A DNA stretch of 63,103 nucleotides, filler included. It is 18 parts of 18 records of this genome, joined end to end, with 100 filler letters (N's around TTAATTAATTAA, not from the genome) between each part and the next. Parts side by side here need not be neighbours in the genome. Positions count along the whole stretch, not along the records: positions 57,067 to 60,888 come from SRR11831580_7215; positions 60,989 to 63,103 come from SRR11831580_7313; 16 more parts are not named here. The stretch is one strand, 5' to 3'. The notes under the pieces were generated by a model. That model had not been told where the DNA came from. It made no database searches and saw nothing but the letters and a program-made list of their open reading frames with translations. The stretch's first letter is position 1; each line of letters begins with the position of its first letter. Position numbers and translations under genes: made by a program. Below are positions 60,767 to 63,103 of the stretch, piece by piece.

Positions 60767-61333
60767 AGTAGGCATTACTTCTTAATAGTGAAAAGGGGTT
60801 AGATAGTACCAAATGGGAAAATGTTAAGTAAGTACTTCTCTATATTCTTCAGGTAAACTATCAGCTGATGGTTTATCTATACAAAAAANNNNNNNNNNNN
60901 NNNNNNNNNNNNNNNNNNNNNNNNNNNNNNNNTTAATTAATTAANNNNNNNNNNNNNNNNNNNNNNNNNNNNNNNNNNNNNNNNNNNNAACCAGAATAAA
61001 GTCAACACCGGCCCACACCTACAGTATGGTACGCATCTACGATGTGAGACACCGCCTACAGCGCACAGATCGAGAATATGCATACAGGAAACCGCGCAAT
61101 ACAACATCCCTCTTGTGATAGGGATGTGTGCTGAAGATGAGCCAACACGCAGAGAAAGACTTACATACCTACGCTTACGTCATGACACACATTCGATACG
61201 GATATAGAAACACAACAGGAATATTGAGACATGCACTCACAGATAGGGATGCAATGAACAGTACCTACGCGCACTTAAGTCGACTCATACACAACATGCA
61301 TACAATTAACAACACATAACGAGACAAACGCAC

Positions 61334-61861
61334 CATCCACAAACAGTGCAGCGTAGCGACGTCTTCATTGAAAGAGTCATATTGTCCAACAAGAGGGATG
61401 GCTTCTGCAATGTTCCACGCGTTGTTATGTGCTGTAAACCACGGTTCCCACTCCATGCCGATCAGATGTGACTCATCCGCCGCGTACGGTCGTGCAAATG
61501 AGCGATCTTTCACATTAATGACGACCTCCGGCGATAGAACAGCGTCCTGCGGTATGGGGGATCCCACTGGCCAGCTCGTATTCCAGGGAGATGGGAGATA
61601 TGCAAGAGTCACATGCGCCGAGGGTTGCATGGACGGCGCAGACGGCAGCAGAAGAACATCGCCGTTCTGAGTAGGTGCGCCCCACTGGCGACCATTCACG
61701 AAGGGCCACAAAAGGGCCGACGTATCGGCTTTCACGATGAATCCGCATGCGTCGCCCACAGGAACGGAGGTGCGATCGGGAACGATTTCGATCGAAATAC
61801 AGGATATACAGCCGCATACAAGAAGAACAGCAATAATGGAAAAGGTAATTGAAGTCATCAC
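61334..61861 (-). CDS. first exon of eukaryotic secreted protein, possible GH99/GH71-like glycoside hydrolase
   Basis: Signal peptide, Pro-rich beta region, then LIGMEWEPWF...PLVGQYDSFNEDVATLHCLWM followed by a GTGCGT donor. Confidence 0.55.
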
Positions 61862-62600
61862 GGGTTTTGTGAAGTCGGATAATGTGATGTTATTATGTCG
61901 CGTAGCTGATCAATTGAGGTATTTCTCAGCAGCAGTCACCTTCGTAATCTTTCACCGAAGGTTCAGTGGTTCACATATCGATTCGCGGAACGCAAAATTT
62001 CCACCTCGCCTGCCGCTGTCACCTGTCCGAGAGGAAGGGCCGCTCAGGTCATGTCAGTCATCCGCGACTGTGAATTGCTCTCCTATAATTTTACCAGTAC
62101 CACAACTGATCGCACGTGCTCTTCGGTGTCCTGTGGTAGGGACAACACATAGCCAATAGCGGATGCAAGTTGGAGCAGACTTGCACGCTTTGCGACAGAT
62201 TAACGTACGGGTTTACCGTATATTGGCCTTGTTGTGACTCCCTCACATATTGTACCGCAGAACCCGATGTGCGCGCAGGTCACTCAGATACACCGCGTGA
62301 CAACAGCCCACGTAAACGGAGATGAAGAAACAGCTTCGATACAACATTGTATGATTGGTAAGTATGTGTAATCGTACCCTGAACTGAAGTGAGCAGCCTG
62401 ATCTTGAAATGTATATATTACACATAACGCAGTACACGCACGGTACCCTATCATCCTAGCGAACTCAAACACATATAAACAGACCCAATCATACATACTA
62501 GATGTATCACACAAATACTACCGAAGAACCAATGTCTATCACCCAGCACAACAGCAGCAGTTAAAGATGTGAGTATACATCCATCCAGTTCGCATATCCT

Positions 62601-63103
62601 TCACTCTCCCTGCGGGGTACAGACCGCAAACACAATATAGTCCGTCACAGGAAAGTGCGGTCGACCGAAGAACAAATCCTCGTCCGCGATAGAGCCGTCC
62701 ACGTCCCCGTACGAGACACCCAGCCGGCTGCACGAGCGATTGCATGCGTGACACAGATCAGAAATGAACAGATCGGGACCGGCACCGAACTGAGGCCCAT
62801 TGGCGGGGTCACTGCGAATGGCGTTTCGATGCTGATTTTCGTGCTCGACTGTATACATCTCCGGATACCCACAGTAAACACCGCGTACAGTGAACAAAAA
62901 TGCCTCTGAAGAGAAGGTGAACTTCTTGGGCCCGCCCCACGGCTGGTCGCTGTATCCGCCGCACACACAGGTCCCGTCCGTGGCGAGGATGAGGGTAGGT
63001 CCCTTGTCGTCGCACTTGGCGTGGAACACGGATGCCTCATACCCGTCCACAGAGGCCTGGTAGAGGCGCACGAGTCTTGTACCCCGGGGGAGCCACCCCA
63101 TAA
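62601..63103 (-). CDS. eukaryotic TLDc-domain protein (C-terminal part)
   Basis: LYQASVDG..FHAKCDDKGPTL, GGYS..W, AFLFT, GPQFGAGPDLFI: the TLDc motif series. Confidence 0.88.
   Translation of the reverse strand, partial: MGWLPRGTRLVRLYQASVDGYEASVFHAKCDDKGPTLILATDGTCVCGGYSDQPWGGPKKFTFSSEAFLFTVRGVYCGYPEMYTVEHENQHRNAIRSDPANGPQFGAGPDLFISDLCHACNRSCSRLGVSYGDVDGSIADEDLFFGRPHFPVTDYIVFAVCTPQGE

Overview
This window is not one natural locus. It is an artificial concatenation of 18 short (about 2-5 kb) contigs joined by 17 identical 100-nt spacers (44 N + TTAATTAATTAA + 44 N, which gives stops in all six frames). Thirteen contigs are ordinary Escherichia coli chromosome from scattered map positions with K-12-like sequence: maeB-talA-tktB, xapA-yfeNRH-ypeB-ligA, betTIB, ppc-eptC-yijO, nadA-pnuC-zitB-ybgS-aroG, yjeJ-epmB-efp-ecnAB-gdx-blc, coaA-birA-murB, hemH-aes, pgk-epd-yggC-fumE-yggF, ylbF-ylbE-fdrA, eutSPQT, yqeG-yqeH and molR-metG. 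One of them starts with an IS10/Tn10 end. Five contigs (about 17 kb) come from an unidentified intron-rich eukaryote, probably a free-living protist. They carry an FGE/SUMF1-like secreted protein gene head-to-head with a 9-exon organellar-type methionine aminopeptidase, a giant IPT/TIG-repeat plus Cys-rich surface protein, a Ty1/copia retrotransposon with a half-tRNA(iMet) primer-binding site, RRN3, a GH99/GH71-like secreted protein and a TLDc protein. Two contig ends retain the loxP-based 454 Titanium paired-end linker, and several single-base frameshifts look like pyrosequencing errors. I found no convincing new multi-gene system. The best leads are in the eukaryotic contigs: bacterial-like genes that now carry introns, and the unusual gag-pol junction of the copia element. 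Gene identities come from recognising sequences and motifs; no database searches were run.
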